Shown here: positions 14,009-27,100 of the stretch, in pieces | Layout: each line of letters starts with the position of its first letter | Position numbering within the stretch: the first letter of the stretch is position 1 | Assembly: GCA_040954595.2 (NCBI GenBank) | Contig: CM082583.2 | Span: 3,233,060 to 3,297,059, forward strand | Origin: Balanoglossus misakiensis | Lineage: Eukaryota; Animalia; Hemichordata | DNA: 64,000 nucleotides | Reading direction: 5' to 3' | Translations under genes and position numbers: made by a program | Notes under the pieces: generated by a model | Databases searched by the model: none | What the model saw: the letters and a program-made list of their open reading frames with translations, nothing else | What the model was told of the DNA's origin: nothing

Positions 14009-15776
14009 TTAGAGATAAATAATAAGATATTCATTTTGAAAATTGGGAGGGACTATAGACTTTTATTTTATAAGTTTTGAACTCAGCTGCACCAATAACA
14101 TTGCAAGCTTTATGGGTGTCAGTGGATGAAAACCACTCGACCACATTCCCCATCACCACAATATCCCACAGAATAACTTGTGTTGATAAGACAAAGAAAT
14201 CAACAAATCATTTTTTAGACAAAATTGCATGTTTTATTAAGTAATAAGCAAATTTACATGTAAAACTAACATAGAAGTTGATCAACTGTTGCAAAAGTGT
14301 ACAATTTTGGCAAAATTATTTCATGATTGGATGTTGAATCCAGATCTTGGAATTGGAAAATCCATGTCCAGCCACGTATATTGCACGTATGGCTTTTAAA
14401 AATATTTTAGTTGACAAATAGATATCTCAGGTCCAGGTACTAATGTTATTTATCTCTGTTTAGGAGAAATAAGCAACTTTTCGAGTTGCAGATCCAGTGT
14501 ATTTTTGTTATGTTTAAAATCATATACTCTGTGAGAGTCCACAAGTGCAGTCTGGGAGAACCAAGACTTTGCTCATTGAAGACATTGGCCGTGTACATGC
14601 AATGCATGCTGTGAAATTGAGACTGGGTCTCAGGATGTATGTGAACACTATATAGTGCAAGCTTTCAATCAAAATTTGCTACTTTTGAAACCTTTTAACA
14701 GGTGTATGACTCGGTTCTAGCAACAGCTCTGTCTTGTGTTCTCAGAATTTGAGAAGTCAAATATTACATGACTGTTTCAGTTAAAACCCCAGTAACTGTA
14801 ACTTTCAGCTATTTTTTCAGTATTTCTCTCCCATCTATCAACTCCAGTGTCTTGGTCTATTCTGGATAACTTTATGAAAATGTTTAGTCTTCAGCTGCTT
14901 CTCAACAAAGCCTGTTATTGTTGATGAATGAAGTCTAGTCCGGACTTGAATTCCATTTTCAACAATCACAATGCTGATGATTTACTATAAAAGGGCCGTG
15001 TTGAAAATCGAAAGATTGAGTAGTTCTTTATCTTTTACAAAGTAGAATGTCAATGAGAAACCACAGTTGATACACAACAAAAATATTAGGAAAATAGCCC
15101 AAAGTTGGAGTTACTGGGACTATTTTCAAAGCACATAACTGCATGTTATAATTCAATGGAAGTTGCCTCAAATGATGCTTGTATTGATTTTATTTCAAGT
15201 GACTTTATCACCAAACATATTGATTTTTCACAATTTGTCATTGAATTTTTATATTTCCAATGATTTTCTAGATATGTATGTTTCTTGGAATAACAAATTA
15301 GCATGGAATATGCATAAAAAAGTTTCCCAGTCTGCCAATATTTTACATACATGAAAAGTCAAAACTAGGATCACAGATTGACTCCAGTGACAGAACATGT
15401 ATGAGTCACAATACTTGTACAGTTTTTCATCTTTGCCACAGTACAGATCACAATCAAATTGGAAAGCTATTCCTAAGATGCACTGTACATTACTTCATTA
15501 CATTACACTTAGATTACATATAAGTTTGAGTATGACATTGCCCGACTGTCGTATTTGTGTCCAATACACCAGTAATGTTAACAAAGTCTCTGTGATACAA
15601 TTCATTTTTGTTTTGATACTAATTTGCACACTTGCCAAAAATGAACACCAAATGTTAACTTATTGATGGCACACTGAAGTCTTGGGGTGTGGTCTACATA
15701 TAACAGACGTTTTCCTGGAGTTAACAATTCCACTGTCAACCATTAATAGATAGGTGTATTTTCTTCAATGCCAGGA

Positions 15777-18569
15777 TCATTCCTTGAACTTCCATTCTTG
15801 TCTACACATTGGGCATTGTTGATGAACTTGCTGAGAATTCAACCATTTTAGGATACAGTGCATGTGAAACACATGTGAACACTGGCCCCATACTGTAACA
15901 ACAAAAAACAAGGTGAAAGTAAAGTCAATCAATCAATCGTTCATTGCATTCCAAGGCCACCAGCCCATATGCAAGGAGGTTACAGAAATTTAACACAGAT
16001 AAGATAGCAAAATAAATCTTTTTGGAGCAGATACAAAATATAGTCACAATACACAAAACATACATGACAATTAAATAGTTTAAATTCCGTCTCTTGAAAA
16101 AAGCGAGAGAGATATCTCTCTGATTAACAGAAAGTAAAGTGCTACCTAGCTGTGTCCTATTGGAATGTGCAAATGCTAGAGAATTCCATGTAATATGAAA
16201 ACAAAAGGGCAAAAGCAAATTTAATATTTACCTAGAGGGCAGTCATCACCAGGAATTTTACAATCAGGACAGCATCCATCAAAGGCCATTCTGCAGATGC
16301 CACAATTATCATCATTAGCAATCCATCTCCATGTTGTAACGCCTGTCCAGCTACAAGAATATGTCATGAAATAACATCATTATTCTGGACACAATTATAC
16401 CAGAATCTTGAAATAGTATTCATGCAAAACTAGTTACTGATTTCATAGTCCACCTTTAAAAATATACCACATACTGCATGTACATGATGTAAATTGTACA
16501 TAGTGATTAAAATGAGTTAATAACGTTGAAGTCCAAAAAAAATACGAAAACTATTACAATAACATTGTACTAAGATAGTTTTTGTTTTTGTTTTTTTGTT
16601 TCTATGTTTATCTTGTCTTCTCATATAAACAGAAGAATTGAATGATGATACTTACCCTGGTATAACATGGAAGTTACAAGATCATGAAAAGAAAAGAGAA
16701 AAAAAATCATTAATTATTGCAACCAAAACATCCTAGTTAGTAGTACAAGTATTCCCCCTGTCATGGGGCAGTTAAGACCCAACCATTCCTTATTCGCCCC
16801 AACTTGAATCGAAACAGGTATTTTGGATGTAATATTTATGAGTTGTTTTAATTAAAATGGACATTTTCTTGTAAATACATGACTCCTTGGTTTGAGAGAT
16901 TTCTTTTGTGACAACTTGTGAGACATGCACCTATGCGTGCAACACCAGGCCACAGTGAAAGGTTTGAAGCCATTCAGGTTTAAGTCAAGTGGGTAAGCCA
17001 CTGAGTAAAGCCCAAAATATCCACTTGTGAAGTTGTCTATGGTCATACAATTTGGCTGTGACAGTTACCAGAGAAGATTACCTATGCAGTCATAATAAAA
17101 CTGGTTATGCATAAAGTGTTTTCATATATAGCTTATTGGCTTTTTGCTGGTGGGGCAGATTTTAGCTCTTCCTCCTTGTTAGCAAGTGAGTGAGTGTGTG
17201 TGTGTTTGTTTGTAGTTATTAATAGCGAGCGCGGCATAAGTGGCCAGCGAGCACTTTTGATATACTCTAGTATGGAGGATAATGGGAAATAGAATCTATC
17301 TACGAGTTCAAAAAGTGCCGGGGTTACGTCGTGTGTTGTTCCTAAGGGACATCTTTTCGTTACGTGAAACCAATGTCATTATTCATCACAAATCCTACTC
17401 AGAAATGCACAGCGACCACATGACCATCAAAGACGGTGGAAAATTAAGTACTAGTAAATGAAATTTAGTTGCGTTTCTGAACCATTTTCGAGCAGCCTGA
17501 TGGGCCGCACCATACTGAAATCATGCAAAACCACACAAGACCTCGAAATAACCTTATGCGTGTATGGTGCCACCAACAACAACATTTGTTCTTTTTGAGC
17601 CTAAACAAGACTACCATAATGACCTTGTGAGAATGAAACCCACCACTATATAAATAATCTGAAGCTATCACATAAATGGAACGTCTTTGGCAAGGTATTG
17701 CAAAGCCTACAGTTGACCAATAGAAAGTGGAGTGTTGACAACATTGTGAATATATACAATGTACATGTACATGATAGCATGGTACAAGTTACTCTTGCTG
17801 CGCTCGCACTCAGGTCAAACCAGTTACATATTATAATAAACAGAGAAATATGTTTACAAATATGGTCATGTTTGTTTGTTACCTAATAAGGAAGAAAAAA
17901 AATGTGTTTGTTTGTTCGTTTGTTTGTTTGTTTGTTTACAAATATGGACATGTCTGTTTGTTTGTTAACAGGTTTGGGTATATTCAATGGCTAAGGTTGG
18001 GGTCACTTTGCTCCACAGCATCACTCCCTATATACATGTACAGTATACATATGTGGGGAGTGTTGCTTTGGGGCAAAGTGACTGCATCCCCAATCTCATC
18101 AAAATCTGATGTGGGGCACAGGTCGCACCGACTAAGTGCTCAGCGACTGTGATGTAGGGTGCAGTACAGTGACGCAGTGCAAGTAAAAGAGGTCGCCGTA
18201 CTGTACGTCTGATTTTAATCAGATGGATCCAACCCTAACTAACAGTTGAATACATGTATATAGCCTGGTCACCATACCCAGTGTGTTTTAGATAGACTCA
18301 CACACTAGGACTCACACTAGGTGTGAGTCTATCTAAAACACACTGGGTATGGTGACCAGGCTAATGTATACCCTAACTTTAAGCTGCAATAACTGTAGCT
18401 GTGGTGGGGTGGATGGCCATCATATCCAGCCACCCAACCACTGAACCAGCCCACCAGGGCTACAAATACAATTATTTAGATGTTTACTAGTTACAATATT
18501 TCATGCAAAGAACGGGCAGAAACTGTACTCTAATAACCGTTCAGACTCACTTTTTATCGTCACCTTCAT
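15777..18569 (-). CDS. ANAPC11: Anaphase-promoting complex subunit 11 (RING-H2), 84 aa. Exons 18569-18551, 16656 (1 nt), 16350-16232, 15892-15777
   Basis: Not in the ORF track; spliced by hand: [84 protein letters not shown]. 19+1+119+116=255 nt; all introns GT-AG. Confidence 0.96.
18261..18363. mobile_element. Near-perfect palindromic MITE (TAGCCTGG...CCAGGCTA)
   Basis: ~43-bp perfect inverted arms tagcctggtcaccatacccagtgtgttttagatagactcacac / gtgtgagtctatctaaaacacactgggtatggtgaccaggcta. Confidence 0.75.
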
Positions 18570-19055
18570 TTTCGGTTCTTGCAGACTGCCTTCTGAAATT
18601 ATTTAAAGACAACCTAGCTGGCAGGATTCTGCCTTTGAAACAAGCGCCAGGACTAGTACCCACAACTTGCATTTACGTGTATAGTTTCCCGTCATTCACA
18701 TATCCTTGCTCCCTATGCCCTGGCCCTCTTTACAAGGTATTCTGGGTAATGTATCGACGGTGCGACCTGGGGTAAACAAGATGGCACCCTACATGTGAAA
18801 ACATGGTTTGAAACTTGCACACCACACTATCAAACGATCTGCGGCTATTTCGTATCGTATAGAAACCAGGTACCTCACGTAGGTATTGCAGGCATCCGGT
18901 AGGGTAAAACTCCCATCGTAGAGCTTAAAATTACAGCTTCGCGTATACATGACGGGTCTGTACACAACATGGTCTAATCATACTAATGTTTGTATCACTC
19001 AAAGTTCGTTGACCCTTGACGACCTATTTGCTGATCAGCTGTAACTTCGGCATAA
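18570..19055. promoter_or_regulatory. Probable bidirectional promoter region ANAPC11/TAF1C
   Basis: Divergent ATGs only ~490 bp apart; CpG-containing; YY1-like CAAGATGGC at ~18777-18785. Confidence 0.55.
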
Positions 19056-21092
19056 ATGGCGAACCCTTTTCCAGCCTGGATCTATCCGGAGGAAATAATA
19101 TGTAGAAAGTTTGAGGAGAAGCCGTGTCATGGTTATGGCTGTTTTTCAGCGTTAAATGTCAGCATTTCAGACGTTGACATTACGGCCAATGCAAACCCTC
19201 TCTCAGAACACAAGTTTACATTTCAAAGAAACCATGGACAAACTTCAGGAATAGATTTCAGAGCACTTGATCCAAGCATACCGCTGTCAACTCCAGAAGG
19301 TAAAGTATACAGACAGAACACGTCGTACGTATCATGGATCAACTGTCATAAGTCATCTGGGGCATGATTAAAGTTTATAACTTTAAAGTGAAGGGGTCAT
19401 CGCGCCGAGTTTGTTTATAAACATTTATGACAGCAACGGGGGGGGGGGACACCCACGCGGCGACGACCCCTTCCCTTTAATATTCCCCTGATCATTCAAG
19501 GTAGCATCTCCACATATTCTAGCTACTGGTAGTAGCTGCATTGCTGTGGGTCCATCTGTACAATTTTTGGTCAAAAATACATTTTTCTAGCACCGCTTGT
19601 AAGATTGCTGTGACACATGACGGTTTATTGGGCATGTTCCTTGTTACATTGTAATTTTGTTACATGGTTAGGTCATATCTGCTTGCTAATGTCACCTTTG
19701 ATTTTCATTCTGGTGTGCACCTATTTCTGTGTAATCCTCAAATGGGACCCCAGTGTCCTTGATGCTATGTTTTTAAAAGGTTGCAACTCCTTTTCAGATG
19801 TAGAACTGGATAGACTTTCTGTGACTGACTGCTACAAGAAAGTCAAGATTGTGCAGAATGGAAAACTTAAATGGAGATATGTCAACAGAGCTCCAGATGA
19901 TGTAAGTTATAAGTTTCATTTTCTTGAAATTTTCACAGAAGGTGCCTAAAGAGGAGTATTATTAACTGATCATAAACAACACTACATGTACATCACCATG
20001 CTTGATCTTTTAACAGAGCTGTTAAGATATTTTCACCATAGGAAAACTGTAGCATGAAGAGTACAAGAAAAGTGCTGACACAGCATATTGCACAATATTT
20101 GACATCCTCTATCAGAAAAATTAGGATGGGAACACCTTGTTTTCTCTCTGCACTTGGCCTACTTCAAGATGTACATGCATGTACATATAACATGGAAATA
20201 GATACAGAGTACATGTTGAATAAATTAAGTGTACTTCTACTCATCTTTATACAGGTCAGTTATCTGTGCGAAAACCACCCAGAAATCATGTTTGGTTCAT
20301 CATTTCAACTTATTGAGGATGAAATGACAGCCCATCTTGTAAGTATTGGTCTTATCAGAAAAGAATGTTACATTGTTACATTCAACGTCTTGTTTACGCA
20401 CCGTACGATGTGTTCACAGGTTTAGTGCGGTCCAACCCACCCGAAAATGTCAACCATTTATGGATTAGTGCATTATGATTAGTGTGGACTGCTAAACAAG
20501 GGTATTATATTATGAAATAATCATAATACCAAGGCCTTTTATCAAATATATGAACATGACATACATGTACTGATAGTGAGTGATATATGTATATCAACAA
20601 TATTTAAGAGCATTTTGCAAGTAAGTTATCACTTTATTTCTGTAGCTTCAAAGACGAAAGGTCAAAAGAGGTCGCCCATGTTCCCAGAGCAGCAATGAAC
20701 AAATAATCAAAAATTTGAGGCTACATAGGATAGTTTCTGATGCCATCTTTGATATTCCACAAGACCTGTTACTGAAGTATCTTCATGAAGAAATACATAC
20801 TACTTTTCTGAGAACTGTGAGTATCGTTGTTTAATTAAATTTCTTGCCTTGAATAATGTCTTATTTTGGTTTCAGTTTGTTCAAATCTACTACGGTTGGT
20901 CCAACCAATTAAATTATTGTGCATCAATGAGTATAGAAATATACTTATTCCTGTGTATGTCTATCATAATCAATATGTATTTTTTTGCACCACTGTCATG
21001 ACTTTCTACAGTAGTCAGCTTGCAGTGTTTGTTTTTTCAGAGAAGACATATTGCCAATATCACTATAAACTTTCAATAAGCAGTTGTTGTAA

Positions 21093-21123
<31 letters not shown>

Positions 21124-24100
21124 AAAATACTTGTAATCGAAACTGTGTTCACCATTAAAAAAAATTGAAAAGTAAGGTTTATTACACTGATATATGCCCA
21201 CTACAAGTCTACATGTATACTGTTGACCTAGAAAACTAATGTAGAGAGCACACCCGTAGGCTTCTTTCAAGTGAGATGTTTTCAAAGCAAAATCAAGTAT
21301 GAAATACTCAGTATTTTGAATTGGTGTCAGTTTTCACGTGAAAGTGGTGCAGTACCAATATTGTCAACCTCCCAAGTAACCCAACATATTTTGTACAATG
21401 AAATTGCAACAATGGTGATAAGTGCACTTTACAATGGTATTACAGGACTTTTCCAAAATGTTCACAAACTCTATAACCCACGTGCAGGCACCCTCATCCA
21501 CTTCCTGGTAAATGGTCCACTGGCGTCACATTGGGACTTTCTTGTTTTGCTTGACAGGTGTATGATGCTGGTTACAGTGGAGGCTGTCTTCAATATATCC
21601 CTGGGGACAGTGATAATGGAATTCTAGTTCACCTGTCAGGGGTGTTGATGGACACACTAAGTATCCTTTCATGACAGTCACTCTGGATGATTTGCGTGGA
21701 AAATTTGCTTTTAGTGAAATTGAAATCTTGACTGCAGCATAAAAACAACATTGTATTATATCATGCTACCATCCGCCATTCTGATTGGACGAGAGTTCAA
21801 TCTAACGCAGGGAAAAATGTGGGGTTGAACCACAGTCGCATGGGATTAAACCAAATAAATAACACAAAAACGCTTTAATTTATTGACGTTTTATGTTGGA
21901 ACTGCTCTATGGGATTATTTGGCACTTTACCATGAGCGATGCCTGTCATGTCACTTGTTGTCGTCTGCTTCATGTTTAAGCACTCATTTTTACATTCATC
22001 AACATAACTTTGGTTCAATTCATTACTTCTTCTTCTGATGCTGTTATGTTGAGAAAATGACACAGATATGCCACAAAATCAATACTTGATATACCATACG
22101 GTAAAATGATTCCAATAACCCCCGCCATAGTCGGGTACACTCAATTTGGTTACTATTTGCTGCATATAATATGTATATGTTGCGAATTTTACCCAAATCT
22201 CACACATACATGTACCCACCTTCAGCGGGGATTACTGCTGTCTGTTTACACCATGCTTTTTCTGCTTGTATAGTCCATATGAAGTGTGAACGCAATTAAC
22301 GTTTCCCTTAACACGTGTGTAGATCTTAGAAGAGTCACAGGAGATTACAGCACACAACAACCAACTCTAGAATTGGGAGAACTCCAACAATATGAAATCA
22401 AAGAGAAGATCTATCAAATAGATAGTGTGAAGTACCCGGAAACAAGTAAGTAATAACAGGGATGGGGCATTAGATGATGCAGTGCACTTGTTGTATAATG
22501 AGACAGAGAGGGTAGTCTGGTCCCCTGCCCCAATCCCACCGCTGGCTGCTCTACGCTAAAGGGAAAGGGTCAGGCACGAGCTATTGTAAACATGGCTCTC
22601 ATTGGCGTACGGACATTGGAGGCATCCATCTTGCTTATGATCAGGTGGTCTTTGTGTCATTATACTATGCGGGCCAGGCTTCTGGCCAAGATGGCGGGTT
22701 GTACCTGACCCCTTTCCTTTTAGTGTTGCGCAGCCAGCGGTGGGAATGGGGCAGGGGACCAGACTAACAGAGAGGGGTGCAGGCAAGAATGGTGTACAGG
22801 AAGTGATGTCATATCACACTTGGCCAATAAAGAAACCAGTAACTAATATATACTTGAAATCACACTTCAGTACTTGGTAGTTTTCCTTTGGTAAACTTTC
22901 TTTTTATTTGTTGCTTAATTTACATTCTTTGGTATTTTCTGTTGCTCCCATGTCTACAGGTTATATTGGAGTCCGAACATCTAAACACTGCCATCTTTTG
23001 GAAGTTCAGGAAGACAGTGACAGTGGGACACAATTCCATCAAAATGTGAAAGACACACTTCAATTCAATAGCCCTTTGACATCAATTAGTCTCAGGTAAA
23101 CTCTTTCTGAAATTTATATATCGTCTCCTTTTTTTAATTTTAATGATGTAAATGTAAATGATGTAATAGATGTATGACTTTGTGAGATTCATTTCTTACA
23201 TGATCATATTGTTCCTTGACCTTGAAAATTTCAGAGATGGTTATGTTTATTTTAATTTGTTTGCTCTGATTTGGCTTTTTTTATAAACCATAACAGCAAA
23301 GCATGAAGAATATAAAATATTTTCTACATTTACAGTCCCTATATTGCTGGGGAATGTGCAATCTCTACAGACAGTGGTGCTATCAAACTCTGGACAGCTG
23401 GTCAGAGGTAAAAAAAAACATTCTGAGTTCATGATAGTTATTGTTAAATAATAACACATGTTAACAAGGGAAATGTCAGGATTTGAAGCCTGCACGAGGG
23501 ATAGTGATCTCTGACCATAATATTGATGATGCCCGAGTCGCAGGTGATGGTATCATCAATATTATGGTCAGAGATCACCAGCCCAAGGGCAGGCTAAAAT
23601 CATGATGTTGTCTGAGCATCATGTGTTATTAGGTCCGATTTGGTTAATGTGTATATACCATTGGAACCTTATGGGATCAGTTGCGTCTGTATGTATGGAT
23701 GTCTGTCCGACCAAAGAAGAAGAAAAACTCCAGTAAAAAACAATAGGGGCCCAGCCCTTATGGGGCTTAATAAATGTTTTTGTTGTATCCATGGAACGGC
23801 TGTCACACACATTCTCAATTGCATGTCATTACTGTGTTTCTCGATTTGCTGTGAAAGGTAGATGTTGGTAAATCAGACTTTTACATATTTTATAATTATG
23901 TAAATGATACAAAAAATATCTTTTCACTTCAGGTTACAAGAGGTTTATGATGCCGAGTCTAGTCTGTTCTTTCCATGTGAAGATCGATGGAGGCATACTC
24001 ATTTTGGGAGCCATCCCAGATTACTCATGATAGCAGACAGAACAGGAATGAAAATGGTTGATTTTCGGGTAGGTCATTCATTGTACTGAAGTAACTTTTA

Positions 24101-27100
24101 GTCCTTTGAATAAATGATTAATCAATGCCAGACAAGCATGGAATATGTGGAAATTACACAAATACTTAAACCCCGGTGCGGGGTATAAAAGACCCCCCAA
24201 ATCAGTGGCGAATCTTAATGCCGTTTGACTGACAACAGACAACACCAACGATCTTGGCTCTATGAAAATCGGCCCAAACAGGTCCAAGCATATAGAATTA
24301 CACCACACAACGACAGTAGTTGGCTTTATAAACACACACAACATAAAGTTATTGACGAAAAAGTACACAAGCTTTTGAAACAACGATAATTTTGGCAGAA
24401 ATCTGGTTTCAGTGCTTTTCAGAAGCGTCCCTGGGAAACAATAACCACGCCATTCAAACAGCTGTCAATCGCGTGGAAGTGTGAAGTGTTCAATTATTTT
24501 CTGTGTAAATGAGAGCAATTACACAGTCATTATGCACGACGACCACTCCCAAATAAACAACTATACAAACACACGTTAATCCGAACCCCTGGCCTTTCCG
24601 CACCGGGGTTTAAAGGGACAAAGTCTCTCTCTCGCTGCCCCTTTTCCATTAATTATGTTTGATACAAGACACTGTTTATGTTATTCTACATGTGGATATA
24701 TAGTGAATCAACATTCGACCACACACAGCTTCCATCCCGTTTATAGGATATGAGAGTAAAAACTCGCCCAAATTGAATAAATGGTAAAGACGGATTATTC
24801 ATTTTGGCGAGTTTTTTTCAGTCTCGTGTCTACAAGTAGGATGGAAGGTGTGTATGGTTGTGAACGTTGATTCATGATAGGCAATAAGAATTTTCAGAAG
24901 ATTTTTACTGTGTAAGTTTAATAGGATTGTAAGGCAGTCTACAATGAATTGTGTGATGATGTGATTTTGTTATTTCCAGGACAAAAGCAAATGCCATGAA
25001 AGCCCGTTGTTCTCCTTGCCGTCTGTACATCTTGGGAAAAATCAATTTATCATGGCAACCAAGCAACACCCTAGCAACCACTTCCATCACTTCATAGCAA
25101 CTCAGAGTTCCTTGCTGCTGTTGGATGAGAGGTTTCCACAGAAACCAGTGAGTGTAATTTGCAAGATACTCAAAAACAGCTGAAACTTAAAGTGTGTGTG
25201 CATTCACAAAGATCTCGCTTTAAAATTTGCATGATTCAGTATATTTTACGTAATAGCAAGTTATACACTATCTTTTTCTAGCACTGACTATGCTATGACA
25301 CATGATTGGGCATGTTTGTTGTTAATTTTTTACATTTCCATATTTTTTTATATATGGTTGGGTCATATCTGCTTGCCAATGCCACATGTGTTTTTTAATC
25401 TGGTGTATACCTATTTCCCGCCCATGTAATCCCCAAAGGGGACCTGAGTGTCCTTGTCACTATGTTTATTTGTTTATGTTTACGTCAGGTACTGACTTGG
25501 AGTCATATGTTGGACTCACCACCACTCTGTATGGACATTGTCAGTGACATCACACCGACAGAGAGTATAGTGTTACTGTCATCGCATACAAGTTGCCAAA
25601 CCCACTGTGTACAATATTCAAGTAAGTGAAAAGTAGACAATAAAACATCATTTCTCTTTGCTTTTAATTTATCTTGTGTACATGTTGAGCAAAATCAACA
25701 ATGGCAAATCTTGCAATATTAGCATCAGAAAAAAATGTTCTCCATATCCCATTGAAGTATTACTTGAAAGTTTGACAGTAATTGTTGTAAGAAGTTGTTA
25801 GCTTCCATTTGGGTTTGGGGTAGAGAGAGATGGGGTGAGTGAGGGAGAGTGAGAGGGGGGAGGGAGGGAGAGAGAGTGTGTGTACCACCATACATGATGC
25901 TAGTGCATCATTGTCTGACTCAAAAATAGTTTCTAACAATTACAAAACATATTAGTTATGAAAACCAGGAATTATTGAAATCCCAGTGGGAAGCTCAATT
26001 CATTCGGAAGCTCTATTCACTAAATGTCAAATTGTTAAAAAGAATGAATTTTTATACAAAAAATAATATGATGTTAATCCTGTCTCTAATAGTATGCAGG
26101 GTTTTTTTTGTACAGGTAAATCCATGTCACCAGCTGAAGCCATAGGAACTCCATGGAGAGTAGCCCTTCCTAAGTCAGTAGAATTATAGTCTGTATTTTC
26201 TAATGCATTCCCTTAGCCACTGTAACTAAAAGTGACAGTCATTCTTTATGACCGTTTTGTGATATCGAGAATACATTGAATACTTGCATAAAGTCTCTCA
26301 GTGTACAAAATAATGGTGGTTCATGATTTAAAAGTGTGAAAATCTAACCCTTTTGCTATATGTAAAGAATTACAATGTATTTTTGTTGGTGCCCTCTTGA
26401 CAAAATGCCTACTCCCATAACAACTTGGCTTCACCAAGCAGATCTATTGGGCCTTTAAAAGTAGGAAAGACTTCTAGATAATGTACAGTAGTTAATGAAT
26501 GAAATGTATTGTACTTTATCAGTTTATGTTGATGAGAGCTTATAAAGGGTTTTCAGAGTAGTAGCGTTTCTTCCACCTGTCATTTTAATGTGGATGTCAA
26601 TTCAATTGAAGCCATTTTGATTTGTTCCAGTTCCGGGTATTTGTCGTTAAATGAAGATCTTGAAGAGCATATGGAGTCTGTTGTTGAAAAAAGACTTCAG
26701 CAACCTTTGATAGGACTTTGTAATATCAATCACAGGAATGATACTGTACCAGCATTTTCTGTTCTTCAAGTAAGTCCTTCCAGTTTTTTAATTAATTTAT
26801 TCAAGATCTATCTCTACAACATAATCTTTTTTTTAGATGAGATTGTTCCATGTAATTGCAGCAGTTTGATATAATTCTTCACAAAACAACTTTAACACCC
26901 CCATTTGTTAGATGATGCTATATTTTGAGAATTTTTTGTTTAGTGGTACACAAATCTGACACCACTTGTACATGTGGGACTCATAAGGAATAAGAAACTG
27001 CAAATAGTGCAATGTCATGTGCAATACATGTCGGATGATTTTCAATATTCTGATTTTGATTGTGTAATTTTTTTGCAGAATGGGAAGAACAAATAAGATC

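Noticed and set aside
17075-17100. TAG|GTAAT zero-length (recursive-type) splice site in ANAPC11 intron 1
   Set aside because: Weak pyrimidine tract, adds no base and cannot fix the frame; such motifs are common by chance.
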